Assembly (NCBI GenBank): GCA_964016885.1
Contig: OZ024740.1
Span: 390,352,001-390,416,000 of the forward strand
From: Eledone cirrhosa
Taxonomy: Eukaryota
DNA length: 64,000 bases
Reading direction: 5' to 3'
In this document: positions 45,930-59,168 of the stretch, piece after piece
Numbering within the stretch: position 1 is the first letter of the stretch
How the letters are laid out: every line of letters begins with the position of its first letter
Notes under the pieces: generated by a model
Told to the model about the DNA's origin: nothing
Database searches by the model: none
Seen by the model: the letters and a program-made list of their open reading frames with translations, nothing else
Program-made: the position numbers and the translations under genes

Positions 45930-47378
45930 CTCTTCAGAGAGGTATATCTTCGCGAAGTGCAGAGAATACGTTGCTGATCCCCTCAAATGTGGCAAGGCCA
46001 CTGGGGAGGATGAAATTCAGCTCGAGATATTAAATGTCTTAAATAGAAAAGGAATTCTCTGGTGGCCTGTATCTCTGGAAACCCGCCTAAGCAATGGCAA
46101 TCGGGATTGATAATCCCAATTTTCAAAAAGGAAGACAAGAGAGACTGCTCTATTTACAGAGGAATATCCTTGTTAAGCCTTCCCCGGTAAAGTATATGCT
46201 ATGTTTATGGCATAGATATGTAGGGTATTGTCGAGTCCAAGATAGCTGATAAACAATGTGGTTTTTACTCTGGACGCAGCAGAGCCGATCAAATATTTAC
46301 ATTGCGACATGTCTTTGAGAAATCGTGGGAGTATTGCCAAGATGTGTATTCTTGCTTCGTAGACCTCGAAAAAGCATATGATCGCATCCCACAGAACCTG
46401 TGTGGAAGTTTCTGCAGGAGTATTCGATCGATGGGCAGCTTCTTGTTGCTCCGATGTATATACAGACACCCCAGTATTTGTGTTCGGATAAATGGTGCTA
46501 AATTGAAGCGATTCAATGTGGGAGTCGGACTCCACTAAGGGTAGATACTGGCACCTCTCTTATTCATTATTTTCATGCACAGGATTGACATGCGCAGCCG
46601 GGTTGGAAGTGATATCATGACTGGCAGGTGCAGGTTCAGTCATCTGAAAGTTGCAGACGGCATGGTATTTCTTAGCTCGCCAGAAGGTGATCTTTGACAT
46701 GCATTTGATAGTTTTGATGCCGAATGCTGTATGACTGGAATTAGTGCTGCGAAGACTCGTCCTCTCGGGGAAGCCTGCACAGTGCACTCTATATGTGAGT
46801 GGAGTACTATCGAAGTAGGTGGAGACGTCCAAGTATCTCGGGGCCGTGTTCATGAGTGATGGAAGGCAGGAGGCTGAATTAAGTGGAAGAATTGCAGGAG
46901 CTGGTGCAGTAATGCGCCAGTTTCAGCATTCGTTCATCAGATAAAGGAGGTAGATGTAAATGCCAAGCTACTACCGCCAATTCGATATTCATGCCGACCC
47001 TTACGTATGGTTCACGAATCTTGGGTAATGACCGAAAGAATACGATCACGAATTCAAGCATCCGAAATGGGGTTTCTACGAAGTATCTTCGTAGCAATGT
47101 TATTCGATAGAGTGTGTAGCTCGGAGATCAGAGAATCGCTTCAGATAGACCCGCTACTTTTCCGAATTGAAAGATTATATCTCCAATATTATGGACAAGT
47201 GGGTAGAATGTCCCAGAAAAGAATCGCTGAACAGATTTAACGGGCAGATTTTACCGACAGGAGACCCAGTAGTAGACTCCGAGCAGGATGGTTGGATAAA
47301 ATCCATGAGCTTGGTTCGTCTCCCTTGGTGATCCAGCCAGATCAATTGGAGACGGTTGTATCTGACAGGATGCATGAT
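45930..47378 (+). pseudogene. Decayed RTE-clade (Rex3/Expander-like) LINE reverse transcriptase
   Basis: GKATGEDEI, IIPIFKK.DKRDC..YRGISLLSLPGKVY, DQIFTLRHVFEK, FVDLEKAYD, KYLG, ESWVMTERIRSRIQASEMGFLR with stops and frameshifts. Confidence 0.92.
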
Positions 47379-48261
47379 TAACCTATACACAATTACTATC
47401 TACTGTATTTATCATCATCATCATCATCATAAACACCATCAATTCACTAGTGGCTTCTATTAATTGACATTCTTCTATTAATTACCATCCACTCACCCGT
47501 TTTATGTTTAGTTATTTATCATAATCTATATCATCGTCATCCCCATCTTATATGCCACCACTGTAAACACCATCAACTTACTAGTAACTTCCTCAGCTGA
47601 CCAATCTAATCACATTATCTCCCGTGGCACGTCTCTGCTGTTCATCGTCATATCCTCAAATCTTCATTCTCGACTTCTCGAATCATTTTCCTTCTTTCTT
47701 TTTTCTTTTTATCCCCTTTTCTTTTGTTTTCTATCTCTTTTCCTCTTCTTACCTTTTCTTTCATTTTCCTCTCCTTTTCTTTTTTCTATGCCCTCTTGAC
47801 TTATTTTACTTTTTTCTTCCTCTTCCTCACATCCTCTCTATTACTGTTCACATCTCCCTTATAAGCGACTGAGTCTTGCCACCAATATGCGAGTGCAATA
47901 AGTCAGTGATGGTGCTGTCAATGAGTTCACCAGCCAGCTACTCAATGTAACCCCCTTTCATTGAAACAGGACAGGGACTGATTGCTGGAATCTTTCCGAA
48001 CATCGACCTCAAACAATATGATCCCAAATCGTTCTGCCAACAGAAGGCTACTGGACATACTAACGGGAGACAAAAGATGCTATAAATCAATAGACAGAAT
48101 TACATCCATTGTAATTTATCTAACCAAATTTCTCCTAGCTCTATGTACAGTATAGCTCCCCCCCCCCCCACACACACACAAAAAGATCATATATCTGCTA
48201 TATCAGGATTGAATTAGGTCTAAAGAACAAGAGCTACTCCACGAAACGTGGCTCATATAAG

Positions 48262-48475
48262 TATGGTTTCTGATTTAGGCACAAGGCCAGCAATTTTAGG
48301 GGAGGGGGAAAGTCGATTAAATCGACCCCAGTGCGTGACTGGTACTTTATTTTATCGACCACATAAGGATGAAAGGCTAAGTTAACCTCGGCGGGATTTG
48401 AACTCAGAACGTAAATGGCCGTCACTCAATGCCCCGAAGCAGAATGTCCGACGCTCTACCGAATTTGCCAATCCG
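48262..48475 (-). mobile_element. Family A SINE
   Basis: Family motifs. Confidence 0.85.
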
Positions 48476-49181
48476 TGCTCATATAATGATACCCCCCCCC
48501 CAAAAAAAAAAACATTACTATGCATGAACGATGTCAAGTTATATAAGGCCCATGGACTTAATTTAAAAACTTACAATACTTAGCTTTCTTATTTTAATAT
48601 TGCATTGTATTTAATATTTATTAATGGGACAGAGTCGCTGTCCGCTGAGACAGCTCACCAACGGTAAATATGTAATAGGCCAGTAAACTACAAAGACTAG
48701 AAGTTGGATCAGACAGACGAAAACAAATTTAATGTACCAGCATGAGAATGAAACGACGAACAATGCAAACTAGAAGAGAAATGCCTCGTATGGCATTGCA
48801 TGTCTATTAAATACATCATCTTCCAGTAATATGATTATAATGTTAAGCGCAATCGGAAATCACAGAAAGCATGGGTGAGGGTACTTAAATGGGTTTGTCA
48901 GGAATCGAACCATTGAACATTTCGCTTCTAAGAACCTTATCTCACAATGGTGGTATTTGGAATATTAATTCAACTAAAAAAGAAAAACAAACGAACAAAC
49001 ATGGTTGGTGGATCGTGAAAATTGAACTGAGTGAAATGGCTGCTAAAATCCAGAAATTTCATATGTAAATATAATATTTGCTAGCCGATGTATTGACTCA
49101 ACATGCCTTGAAAAACAAACAACTAACTAGCTAAAAGCAATAAAAAGTTTTGGGGCTCAGAAGAAGCAAACTCCTCAACAC

Positions 49182-49213
<32 letters not shown>

Positions 49214-50813
49214 TCGCTCAAGTACACGCACGCACAAACACATACGCACACATACACACTCACACACGCACACACAAAGTAAAACACACCTGTATGTTTA
49301 TTTGAGGTTTGGTAGCTAGGAATGTTTTATGTCGGAAAATACAAATATTAACTAAAATGTACAAATAGAATACTAATATGAACTAATAGGAAATGTCGGA
49401 GAGTTAAGATTGTGTCAAAGAGAAACGAGCTGAAAAGCTTCAGTTTGGAAGTAAAACATGAACGAATTTATAGCCTAGGATCAAAACCTGAGTGGCAAAT
49501 TAACAGAATCATTTGAGCGTAGGTCAAAATATCTTGGGGTATTTGTTCTGGCTCATTTCGATCTGAGCTTTTAGGTAGTAAGCGAATTACTTTGCTCGAT
49601 TTAACGCCACTACCAGGTCCTTACGTTTGACCACACTTCTCATGTAGCTAATGGCACACAAGGGCCAGGTGGAAGTGTTAAATCGACCAAGGGATTAATC
49701 TTACCGTCCAAAAACTCAGAACGCAAAGATACAGAAAAATATTTGTAGACATTTCAAATGAAACGACGAAAAGTTAAGGAGACCTTGGTTAGATTTAAAC
49801 TCTTTCTTTGATTAAACGTTATAAAACAAATAAACAAATAAAAAAACTAAGTAATATCAGAAAATACGCAAAAAAAAAAAATTTTACATTTCTAGTCTCT
49901 TATATCTACGAAGAGTAATATTGATTCAGTCTGTCAGACAAGAAGACTTAGGATGATTTTGGGGATGATTTCTTTTACTTGGTTTCCCTTTTCTTTTCGC
50001 CTTTTTCTTACCCCTTTCCGTTTTAGCAATCCCGCAATTTACTCCTACATAGAGAACCAGCTCAGGAGACAAGGCTACAGTGGAAACAGTCGGTTTAGCA
50101 GCTTGATCATCCTTAAATGAAAATGATCAACAATCGGTAGAGAAGGGTGTTTTAATTTCGTTATAACATTTCTCTAGTACTTTTTGATTTCGTTATAACA
50201 TTTCTCTAGTTTACTTTTGAAGAGGTAAATCTATTACGTTGACCGGCTTAACAGCAGCCAACCAGCCAATACTCTTCGATATTGGGAGATTTTAGTTAGG
50301 TTCACTTTGTTACAAGCATTGCATTAGTCCAATGATGTGGAGATAAAACAGTTTTCTTGAGGCTCTGTTTCACTACATATTATATTCATTGAGTAGTGCT
50401 ACTATTTTTCAGAAAATATTTTGGGGAAACATTTCTGGCGGTCACCCAACGGCATAAAACGAAGTTTTGTTTAACACTTCGTGAGTTTTTTTAATAAATT
50501 TCTTCGTAAATACTTCCTGCACATTTAGGAGTTGGTGTCTCTACTGAGTGAGAGTAAGATTTCGAGAAGTCCCCCTAAGTTACCATCTTCCAGTTGAACA
50601 ACTCAGAAGGATCAACACCACAATTCACTCATCTTTCTCACATAGATATTTGCAATAAGGACTTCTAGTCACTGTTATCTCTTTACTGCTCTCTCAAATC
50701 ACCAATTACAAACAGGTTCAATTATCTCTCGTTAAATCTCACCTCTCTCAGAAATAATCATCCCACTTGACATTAATGCACTCAATTCCTTGCTTTCTCA
50801 AATCCTACATACT

Positions 50814-50859
50814 GAGACTGATGACGGAAACCGAAAGGTTCGATATATTGAACTATCTC
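50814..50859 (+). ncRNA. Possible hammerhead motif (weak stem II)
   Basis: gaga-CTGATGA-cggaaacc-GAAA-ggttcgatatattgaac-TA-tctc. Confidence 0.45.
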
Positions 50860-51200
50860 TACCTGTTAATCTTTTTACCCACTCGTATTATTGATTGGTA
50901 CAATGACTCATGAAACACACAATGTCTATAAGAAAAAAACAGCAACAAAGAAAAAACGCCTTTACGCTCACACGTGCGCGCGCGCACACACACACGTACG
51001 TCACGAACTTTAAAAAGTCTAATTTTCTTTCTCAGTGATCAACAGAACAGTTTTCACACAGACTGCTCTATCAGAGATTTGCTCTTCTACGACACACCAG
51101 TGGCCACTCACCTTTTAAAGATTCGGTGAAAGCAATGTTGCTGCTCTGTAAATTCCCCAACCGTGTCTGTCATGATAATCTTCTATAAATTACCCTACAC

Positions 51201-52740
51201 CAGAGGTGTAACAAGGGAAAATAGCGCCTATTGCAAACATTGAAATTGCGCCCCTGCCCATGCAACAAGCTATATAGTAGTTGTTAGAAAATTGGATTGA
51301 CAGCACAGTTTAAATAAATGAGGGTTTAGGGTATTAAACTGCATTTTCATTTGTTCTACAGGTATCCTTTACGCTTAAGTATACATAAAGTATTGGCAAA
51401 AGTGTTAGTGTATTTAAAGGGAGAGACCTGTGTAATACTGATCTGTGACAAATATTAAAGGGAGTGATCTGTGTAATATTGTTCTTTGACAAATATTAAA
51501 GGGAGTGATCTGTGTAATACTGATCTGTGACAAATATTAAAGGGAGTGATCTGTGTAATATTGTTCTTTGACAAATATTAAAGGGAGTGATCTGTGTAAT
51601 ATTGATCTTTGACAAATATTAAAGGGAGTGATCTGTGTAATATTGATCTTTGGCAAATATTAAAGGGAGTGATCTGTGTAATACTGATCTTTGACAAATA
51701 TTAAAGGGAGTGATCTGTGTAATATTGATCTTTGACAAATATTAAAGAGAGTGATCTGTGTAATACTGATCTGTGACAAATATTAAAGGGAGTGATCTGT
51801 GTAATATTGATCTTTGACAAATATTAAAGGGAGTGATCTGCGTAATACTGATCTTTGACAAATATTAAAGGGAGGGATCTGTGTAATACTGATCTTTGAC
51901 AGATATTAAAGGGAGTGATCTGTGTAATACTGATCTTTGACAAATATTAAAGGGAGGGATCTGTGTAATACTGATCTTTGACAAATATTAAAGGGAGTGA
52001 TCTGTGTAATATTGTTCTTTGACAAATATTAAAGGGAGTGATCTGTGTAATATTGTTCTTTGACAAATATTAAAGGGAGTGATCTGTGTAATATTGATCT
52101 TTGACAAATATTAAAGGGAGTGATCTGTGTAATACTGATCTGTGACAAATATTAAAGGGAGTGATCTGTGTAATATTGATCTTTGACAAATATTAAAGGG
52201 AGTGATCTGTGTAATATTGATCTTTGACAGATATTAAAGGGAGTGATCTGTGTAATACTGATCTGTGACAAATATTAAAGGGAGTGATCTGTGTAATATT
52301 GATCTTTGACAAATATTAAAGGGAGTGATCTGTGTAATACTGATCTGTGACAAATATTAAAGGGAGTGATCTGTGTAATATTGATCTTTGACAAATATTA
52401 AAGGGAGTGATCTGTGTAATACTGATCTGTGACAAATATTAAAACTCTATTAAAATATTTAACAAGTCATACTATGAGATATGCTTATGTGATCATGTTG
52501 TTCCCAGCACTGTATTTTTTTATGGGCCTAATGATTTATATAAATGGTTTAATGATCCAGCCGCCATAGTGTTCTCACCCATGATAATCAGACATCTGAA
52601 AAAGTTTCTTATTTCACTCTTAGACGATAGCTTATCTGACTTTAATAGAAAGTACTCATAGTCCAGGTAGCCCCCCCCCCCCCCAGCTTCAATGACGCTC
52701 ATGGCACGTGCCATGTTTCCATACCTTAGATACGCCTCTG
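51201..52740. mobile_element. Non-autonomous hAT-type element carrying a minisatellite
   Basis: TIR cagaggtgta/tacgcctctg; perfect 8-bp TSD ccctacac at 51193 and 52741. Confidence 0.85.
51412..52443. repeat. 41-bp minisatellite, about 25 units
   Basis: Unit attaaagggagtgatctgtgtaatactgatctgtgacaaat. Confidence 0.95.
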
Positions 52741-53177
52741 CCCTACACTCCTATAGGCTCCCTTCATCTCTCATCTTTTAGACTAGAAAGCAATGACTAT
52801 CGATGGAATTCTATCACATATTCTCTTAACTTCAGTATTCTTTAGGAATCATTAAAAATAAATACAGGGAGAAGATAAATATCTACCTAACAAACTACTT
52901 ACCTATCTACCTATCTACCTACTTATCTATATTCTATCTACCTTCATTTCGATACATACACACACACACATATATATATATGCATGCATACATACACACA
53001 TATATACATACATGCATACATACATATACTTACAGACACACACAAACATACATATATACATAGTACATACATACCCACATACATACAAACATACAAACAT
53101 ATATGGACATACATATTTACCTAGTTGATGTTTAAATGAAGGAGTCTTGTGTCCATGTCTTTCTCTATTGGTGAAGA

Positions 53178-53652
53178 ACATACATACATACGTACATAAT
53201 TACATACGTACATACGTACATACGTACATACGTACATACGTACATACGTACATACATACATACGTACATAATTACATATGTACATACGTACATACGTACA
53301 TACGTACATACATACATACGTACATAATTACATACGTACATACGTACATACATACGTACGTACATACATACGAACATACATACATACGTACATACGTACA
53401 TAAGTATACGTATACATACATACATACGTAATACATACATATACACGTACATACATACCATACATACATAAATACATACATACTTACATACTTACATACC
53501 ATACATACATACGTAATACATACATATACACGTGCATACATACCATGCATACATAAATACATACATACATACTTACATACCATACATACATACGTGCATA
53601 TACATACCATACGTACATACATACGTACATGCATACATACATACGTACATGT
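53178..53652. repeat. (TACA/TACG)n compound microsatellite
   Basis: Direct reading. Confidence 0.9.
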
Positions 53653-54404
53653 ATAAGAAGCGGAGATACCAATTTGCAGGCAAACTATTGCTATAAGAGT
53701 CCAAGTAAGCAATGTAAGAAAACGATGACTCATTATAACAAATATTGATTTCTAGGTTTGGCACCAAGCCGTGAATAATCTGAGGTGTATAGCTAACTTC
53801 AACGATTGAGTTTTAGTAGATAATTTCATCATAGATTAGACAACTTTGACCTCATTTGGATGAGAAATCAGAAAGTCAAGGGGACGTAATAAAACACACA
53901 AAACTGCAATGCATTACCTAAATGCGCGAATGTTTCAGATAGTCCGCTATATCTGCTGCTGCCATCAAATAAATATTAGAGCTAGCTATTAGAAAGTAAT
54001 TGTTCTTCGTTAAAATTTAAATGATGGCAATTAGATAAATGCCATAGTTGCAAAAACGTTAATGTTCAAGTCAACGAGAAAGTTTCTATGTGATCGGTCG
54101 CTCGACCTGTTAGCATAAGTAAACAAAACTATACATCTCCCTCAAACAAAACCATACTGTCCTAAATATGGAAAATACGTACTAGGTGATGTAGACCGTG
54201 TGGTCACTCGACCTGTTAGCATCAGTAGCCAAAACAATAAATCTCCCTCAGGCAAAACATTACCCTACTGTCCTAAAAATGGAAAAAAATGCATTAGGTA
54301 ATGTCGTCCTACAAAACAGCAGCAATATAAAAGGAATCAATGTTTGGATTAATGTAATTAATTTTAATAGACATTATTCCGTCGAGAATCATATATTATA
54401 AAAG

Positions 54405-54722
54405 TCACACCTGGAGAGGAGATGGACTCCATAAGTTATGGAACCATGTCAGGGCATTCTTCTAGGAGAAGGTAACTCAGGAAACTGGGATAACTCCGAC
54501 ATAAAACCTGCGTCTCAGTAGTTACCGATGATGTCGATCTTTTCTTCTTTTCGGGTTATAGCTATTGTTGCTCAGAGAGTGGGATTGGCTCAGTGCACAG
54601 TCTTTCTTGACTTTAAAAAAAATCTTCACGCACAGGCATTGCACGATAGAATTAATTAATAATTATTAATAATAGTATATCGTGCAATGGCCATACTCGA
54701 TAACGAGGGGGCAGCTATCATC
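54405..54722 (+). mobile_element. Family X relative (variant Z), 5'-truncated
   Basis: ctaggagaagg..., gatgatgtcga, gagagtggga.tggc, caggcattgc, then AT hairpin, 3' stem-loop and (TGTA)n. Confidence 0.75.
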
Positions 54723-54829
54723 ATGTATGTATGTATGTATGTATGTATGTATGTATGTATGTATGTATGTATGTATGTATGTATGTATGTATGTATGTAT
54801 GTATGCATGTATGTATGTATGTATTTATG

Positions 54830-55324
54830 TCAGGTCGCTCTCGAGTGGTATTGGTAACATGTAGCCCAGTACAACCTGTCTCATGGTCGGGTCATCGGCG
54901 ACTAAACCGGCAACCCCACCAAGCTTTCTGGGTGAGGAGGGTGATATTTGGACACCCTGCGGGATGTAATGCAAGACCCGGCAAAGGGCGGAGGAACTAA
55001 GCAGTGAAAATGGTCATCCAAATAGTATTTTATTGTCGCCTGGGAGTGAAAGACCTCCAGTTGTTGTCGCAAGACCTTTCTAAGAGTGGAAAACTCTGAA
55101 AAAAAACTCATTCGGCTTCGGAAGCCCCGATGATGTTGACCAGTTCTTTTCGGGTAGTATTTTCGATGCTCAGAGAGTGGGATTGGTCGAGTGCAAGGCC
55201 TTTCCCCCACTTAAAAAACCTTCAAAGTACAGGCATTGCTTGTTCAGGATCTGTTACAGGTTCATGTTGCTGACCGTAGCCTAACAAGCGATTGCAGTAC
55301 TCTTAGCAGAGTTTGCAGCCATCA
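54830..55324 (+). mobile_element. Family X relative (variant Y), full-length ~495 bp
   Basis: Same 5' start tcaggtc and leader; shorter 3' part ending gcagccatca(tgta)n; (TATG)n both sides. Confidence 0.8.
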
Positions 55325-55720
55325 TGCATGTATGTATATATATATGTATGTGTGTATGTATGTATGTATGTATGTATGTATGTATGTATGTATGTATGTA
55401 TGTATGTATGTATGTGTTTGAGTGGTATAATCATCTATCTACATATCCATTTATTTACTTTCTAAATTTTACTTTATTTTATTTCTTCTCATTTCTCTCA
55501 TTAAATTATTAATTGATTTACTTATTTATGCATTCCTATACAAAACCTTTTAAATCTCCTTAATATACCTCTCCTTCGATTCACCTCCAACTTCTAGGTG
55601 TCGTGGCCCTCATACCCTACCTCTTCCAGCTTTCACTCTTATGGTCCCACGATTTGTTTGACACAAGTATAGACATATATGTTTGTATGTATACATGTAC
55701 AATTGTATGTGTGCGCATGC

Positions 55721-55751
<31 letters not shown>

Positions 55752-55779
55752 TGTATGTATGTATGTATGTATGTATGTA

Positions 55780-55810
<31 letters not shown>

Positions 55811-55819
55811 ATGTATGTA

Positions 55820-55850
<31 letters not shown>

Positions 55851-55861
55851 ATGTATGTATG

Positions 55862-58620
55862 TTTTCTCTTTCTCTTAATTTCGAGTATATTTTTTTGACC
55901 GGCCACCTTCCTGGTGGCAAGGTTGTAAAAGAAAAGAAATTGTCATCCCTTGAATCGCAAGAATGTTTTGCATATTTTGAAGGTGCCAGCTATCGCAGCC
56001 ATTTGTAGACTATGAATTAGGGAGCTGCGCTTTTTGTCCGCAAATCCAAGTTCGGTCATACTTTGGTCCAAGCGGGTTGGTATATAACCCGTAGCACCAA
56101 TAATGATGGGTATGAAGCTAAAGGTGTATCTTGGATACTGGATTTGTAAGCTCCTCATCAATGGTCCGTAGATGTCCTCCTTCTCCTGTATTTTTCTGAC
56201 AACGTTTACATCAAGTGGGCAGCTGATCTCCACAACAGAACACGTTTTCAATGTGTGGTCCCAAACTACAATATCAGGCCGGTTGTGCTTTAATTTGGTG
56301 GCAGTTTTTATTTTCAGGTTCCACCAGTATTCCTTAGTGCCATCTGTCTCAATATATTCTTCCTCGTTTGTTGTTAATTTTGTTTTCCGAAGTGCGTTCC
56401 AGATAGTTCTAGCTATCCCATCGTGTCTCATGGGGAGGTAGTAGCGAGATGACATTCTTTCGCAGCTGGCAACAATGTGGCTTACATCCTCGATCTTTGT
56501 TTTACATAGCCTACATTTATTGTCAGCTGCTGGCCCTCCTCTTTTGTGCAGCAGATATTTGGTAGGGAGTTCTTGTTCCTGTATTGCATAGAGATATCCC
56601 TCAAGGTGTGATGTCATAAACTTGTCGGAACTCCATGCCAGGCTTTTTGAGTGGTTTATCCCCTCTATGGTCTGTGTTTTACGCCTCAAGTATCCATGCA
56701 CAACTTTCTCTGTAAATTGGTCAATTTTTTTTTCTTGTTTGAACATTGAATAGGATCTTCCGATTTCTCTGGGTGAGAGATTTATATCAGGCTTTATTCC
56801 ATATCTCTCCTCCAGATCAGTCGCTATTCTAATGATATTTCTTTTTTCATGCTCATAAACCTGAGCAAGATGGTCGCCAACCTTTTTCCTCTGTTGAAGG
56901 TGTGGCTTCAGTGTTACTATCCGGGTCTCATATGTTGTTAATATTGATTTTAGACCCCGGCCACCTTCCTTGCGTGAGAAGTATAGCCTATCCACATCAC
57001 CATTGATGTTAAAGTTCCCAGTAACACTGAGAAGTTTTCGAGTTCTAACATCCATCTCACTTAGTTCTTGCAATGACCAGTTCAGTAGGCCAAATGTTGG
57101 CGTTAGAATTGGCACAGCATAGGTATTGTGGGCAATGTATTTGTTGTATGCTGACAGTTCTGATGACCATATTTTTTTTACTCTTCTGAGGTATTCAGTT
57201 CTGGTTCTTTCCTTATTTATGGGTCCATCATATCTGACATTCTCATCCTGTCCAAGATATCTGTAGTTGTCACTTGACTGCAGAGGTTGTATTGTCAGGC
57301 CGTTCATCTCTAGATTTCTAGAGGAGGGCACAGCTCTTCCACGTTTTACTGCCAAATATGCACACTTGGACTCACCAAATTTCATTTTGATGTCGGTTGA
57401 AAATTGTGTAATGAGGTCCAATTGTTTCTTGATGTCATTGATATTTGGCCCATACAACTTCAGGTCATCAACAAAGAAAAGATGGGAGATACTTCTGGGC
57501 CCACTTCTTTGTCCACCTTGTTTCCTGAGTAGGTAAGATAGTGGATTCAGTGAGAGAACGAAGAGTAGTACTGACAAGCTATCACCCTGAAAGATGCCCT
57601 TCTGGTAATGTATCCTATCAGTCTTAACCTGCTCCTTCTCACCTCTAAGGATCAAATTGGTGTACCAGTTCTTGGTCAGGCGTTCAACAGCAGCTACTAA
57701 TGGTTGTGGGACTTTAGCTAACTGTAAAGCCTTAATAATCCACCCATGAGGTACACTATCAAATGCTTTTTGATAGTCCAGGCACACGACAGTCATGTTT
57801 CTGCGATTCTTTGTTGTTTTTTCCTGAATCATTTTGTTAGTTAGTAGGTGATCTATGCAACCCCACACCTCCCTCTTTCCACCAGCTTGCTCAGGTGTTA
57901 TGATGTTGTTGGTAGCACAGTGATCCTGTAAGAACAGGTTAAGGCACCCAGTATATAATTTATACATGATGTTTTGGCAGGCAATTGGGCGGTAATTTTT
58001 AGCAAGGGTGGTTTGGCTATTTTTGGGAATGAGGAGAGTAGTGGCAGTTGATAACCATCTGGGCAGTTCTTGTGTGCCCTTAATGGTTTCTGTAAACAGC
58101 CGTATGAGATCTTGCCGATAGAAAGTGAAATTCTTCAACCAGTATCCTGTAATGAGGTCTGGGCCTGGCGATTTCCTATTCGACATTTTCTGTAGAGCTG
58201 TTTCCAGTATTAACCCATCTATGTCATATTGTTTTGTCTGGACATGTTGGCAGTAGTCCTGTTCCAGTTGTTTTAGCCAATTAGCTTGTCTGTTGAATCC
58301 GTCATCCGTTTCCCATACAGATCTCCAGTAGTTCTCAACCTGTTCTTTTGAAGGGGTGTCGTTTACAGGGATTGAGCTTTTGCCACCGAAGCTGCGATAA
58401 ACTGATTTAGGATCTCTGGCAAACAATCTATTTAGCACTTGTCGTTTATGGGCTGTTGACTTATATTTTAGTCTTTCTGTTGTAGCTGTGAGTTGTTGTT
58501 TCAACTGGTGTAATTTGGAGTTCAAAGTTTTAAATTTGGTATCTCCAAATCGTCTCTCTAACTTTTTCTTCAGGTCTTCCTGGTGTCGTGTGAAGTTTCT
58601 CTCTATGTTGCATTTCATAA
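55862..58620 (-). mobile_element. R4/Dong-clade non-LTR retrotransposon, 5'-truncated copy 1
   Basis: RT + CCHC + RLE ORF, ~80-bp 3' UTR, embedded in (TACA)n at both ends. Confidence 0.93.
55943..58618 (-). CDS. Reverse transcriptase / zinc knuckle / restriction-like endonuclease (891 aa open; true N-terminus probably missing)
   Basis: KSPGPD, NYRPIAC, LDYQKAFDSVPH, GIFQGDSLS, HLFFVDDLK, YRYLG, CRLC..ED.SH..ASC, RHD, RPDIVV..VVEISCP..EK..Y; the upstream part of the listed ORF is microsatellite. Confidence 0.93.
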   Translation of the reverse strand: MKCNIERNFTRHQEDLKKKLERRFGDTKFKTLNSKLHQLKQQLTATTERLKYKSTAHKRQVLNRLFARDPKSVYRSFGGKSSIPVNDTPSKEQVENYWRSVWETDDGFNRQANWLKQLEQDYCQHVQTKQYDIDGLILETALQKMSNRKSPGPDLITGYWLKNFTFYRQDLIRLFTETIKGTQELPRWLSTATTLLIPKNSQTTLAKNYRPIACQNIMYKLYTGCLNLFLQDHCATNNIITPEQAGGKREVWGCIDHLLTNKMIQEKTTKNRRNMTVVCLDYQKAFDSVPHGWIIKALQLAKVPQPLVAAVERLTKNWYTNLILRGEKEQVKTDRIHYQKGIFQGDSLSVLLFVLSLNPLSYLLRKQGGQRSGPRSISHLFFVDDLKLYGPNINDIKKQLDLITQFSTDIKMKFGESKCAYLAVKRGRAVPSSRNLEMNGLTIQPLQSSDNYRYLGQDENVRYDGPINKERTRTEYLRRVKKIWSSELSAYNKYIAHNTYAVPILTPTFGLLNWSLQELSEMDVRTRKLLSVTGNFNINGDVDRLYFSRKEGGRGLKSILTTYETRIVTLKPHLQQRKKVGDHLAQVYEHEKRNIIRIATDLEERYGIKPDINLSPREIGRSYSMFKQEKKIDQFTEKVVHGYLRRKTQTIEGINHSKSLAWSSDKFMTSHLEGYLYAIQEQELPTKYLLHKRGGPAADNKCRLCKTKIEDVSHIVASCERMSSRYYLPMRHDGIARTIWNALRKTKLTTNEEEYIETDGTKEYWWNLKIKTATKLKHNRPDIVVWDHTLKTCSVVEISCPLDVNVVRKIQEKEDIYGPLMRSLQIQYPRYTFSFIPIIIGATGYIPTRLDQSMTELGFADKKRSSLIHSLQMAAIAGTFKICKTFLRFKG

Positions 58621-59168
58621 TGTATGTATGTATGTGTGTATGTATGTATGTATGTATGTATGTATGTATGTATGTATGTATGTATGTATGTATGTATGTA
58701 TGTATGTATGTATGTGTGTATGTATGTGTGTATGTATGTGTGTATGTATGTATGTATGTATGTATGTATGTATGTATGTATGTATGTGTGTGTATGTATG
58801 TATGTATGTATGTGTGTATGTATGTATGTGTGTATGTATGTATGTGTGAATGTGTGTATGTGTGTATGTATGTATGTGTGTATGTATGTGTGTATGTATG
58901 TGTGTATGTGTGTATGTGTATATGTGTGTATGTATGCATGTGTGTATGTGTGTATGTGTGTATGTATGTATGTATGTATGTATGTGTGTATGTATGTATG
59001 TGTGTATGTATGTGTGTATGTATGTATGTATGTATGTATGTATGTATGTATGTATGCATGCGTGTATGTATGTGTGTATGTATGTATGTACGTATGTATG
59101 TATGTATGTATGTATGTATCTATGTATGTATGTATGTATGTATGTATGTATGTATGTATGTACGTATG

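Noticed and set aside
47860-50560. Possible host exons in unique-looking stretches (also 8460-8760, 25890-26040, 42180-42460)
   Set aside because: No recognisable protein motif or convincing splice/ORF pattern; small exons cannot be excluded without RNA-seq
51412-52443. 41-bp array as CRISPR
   Set aside because: No spacers; lies inside a hAT element
58619-59059. His/Thr/Tyr-rich N-terminus of the 1038-aa ORF
   Set aside because: Read-through into the flanking (TACA)n target at the 5' truncation point
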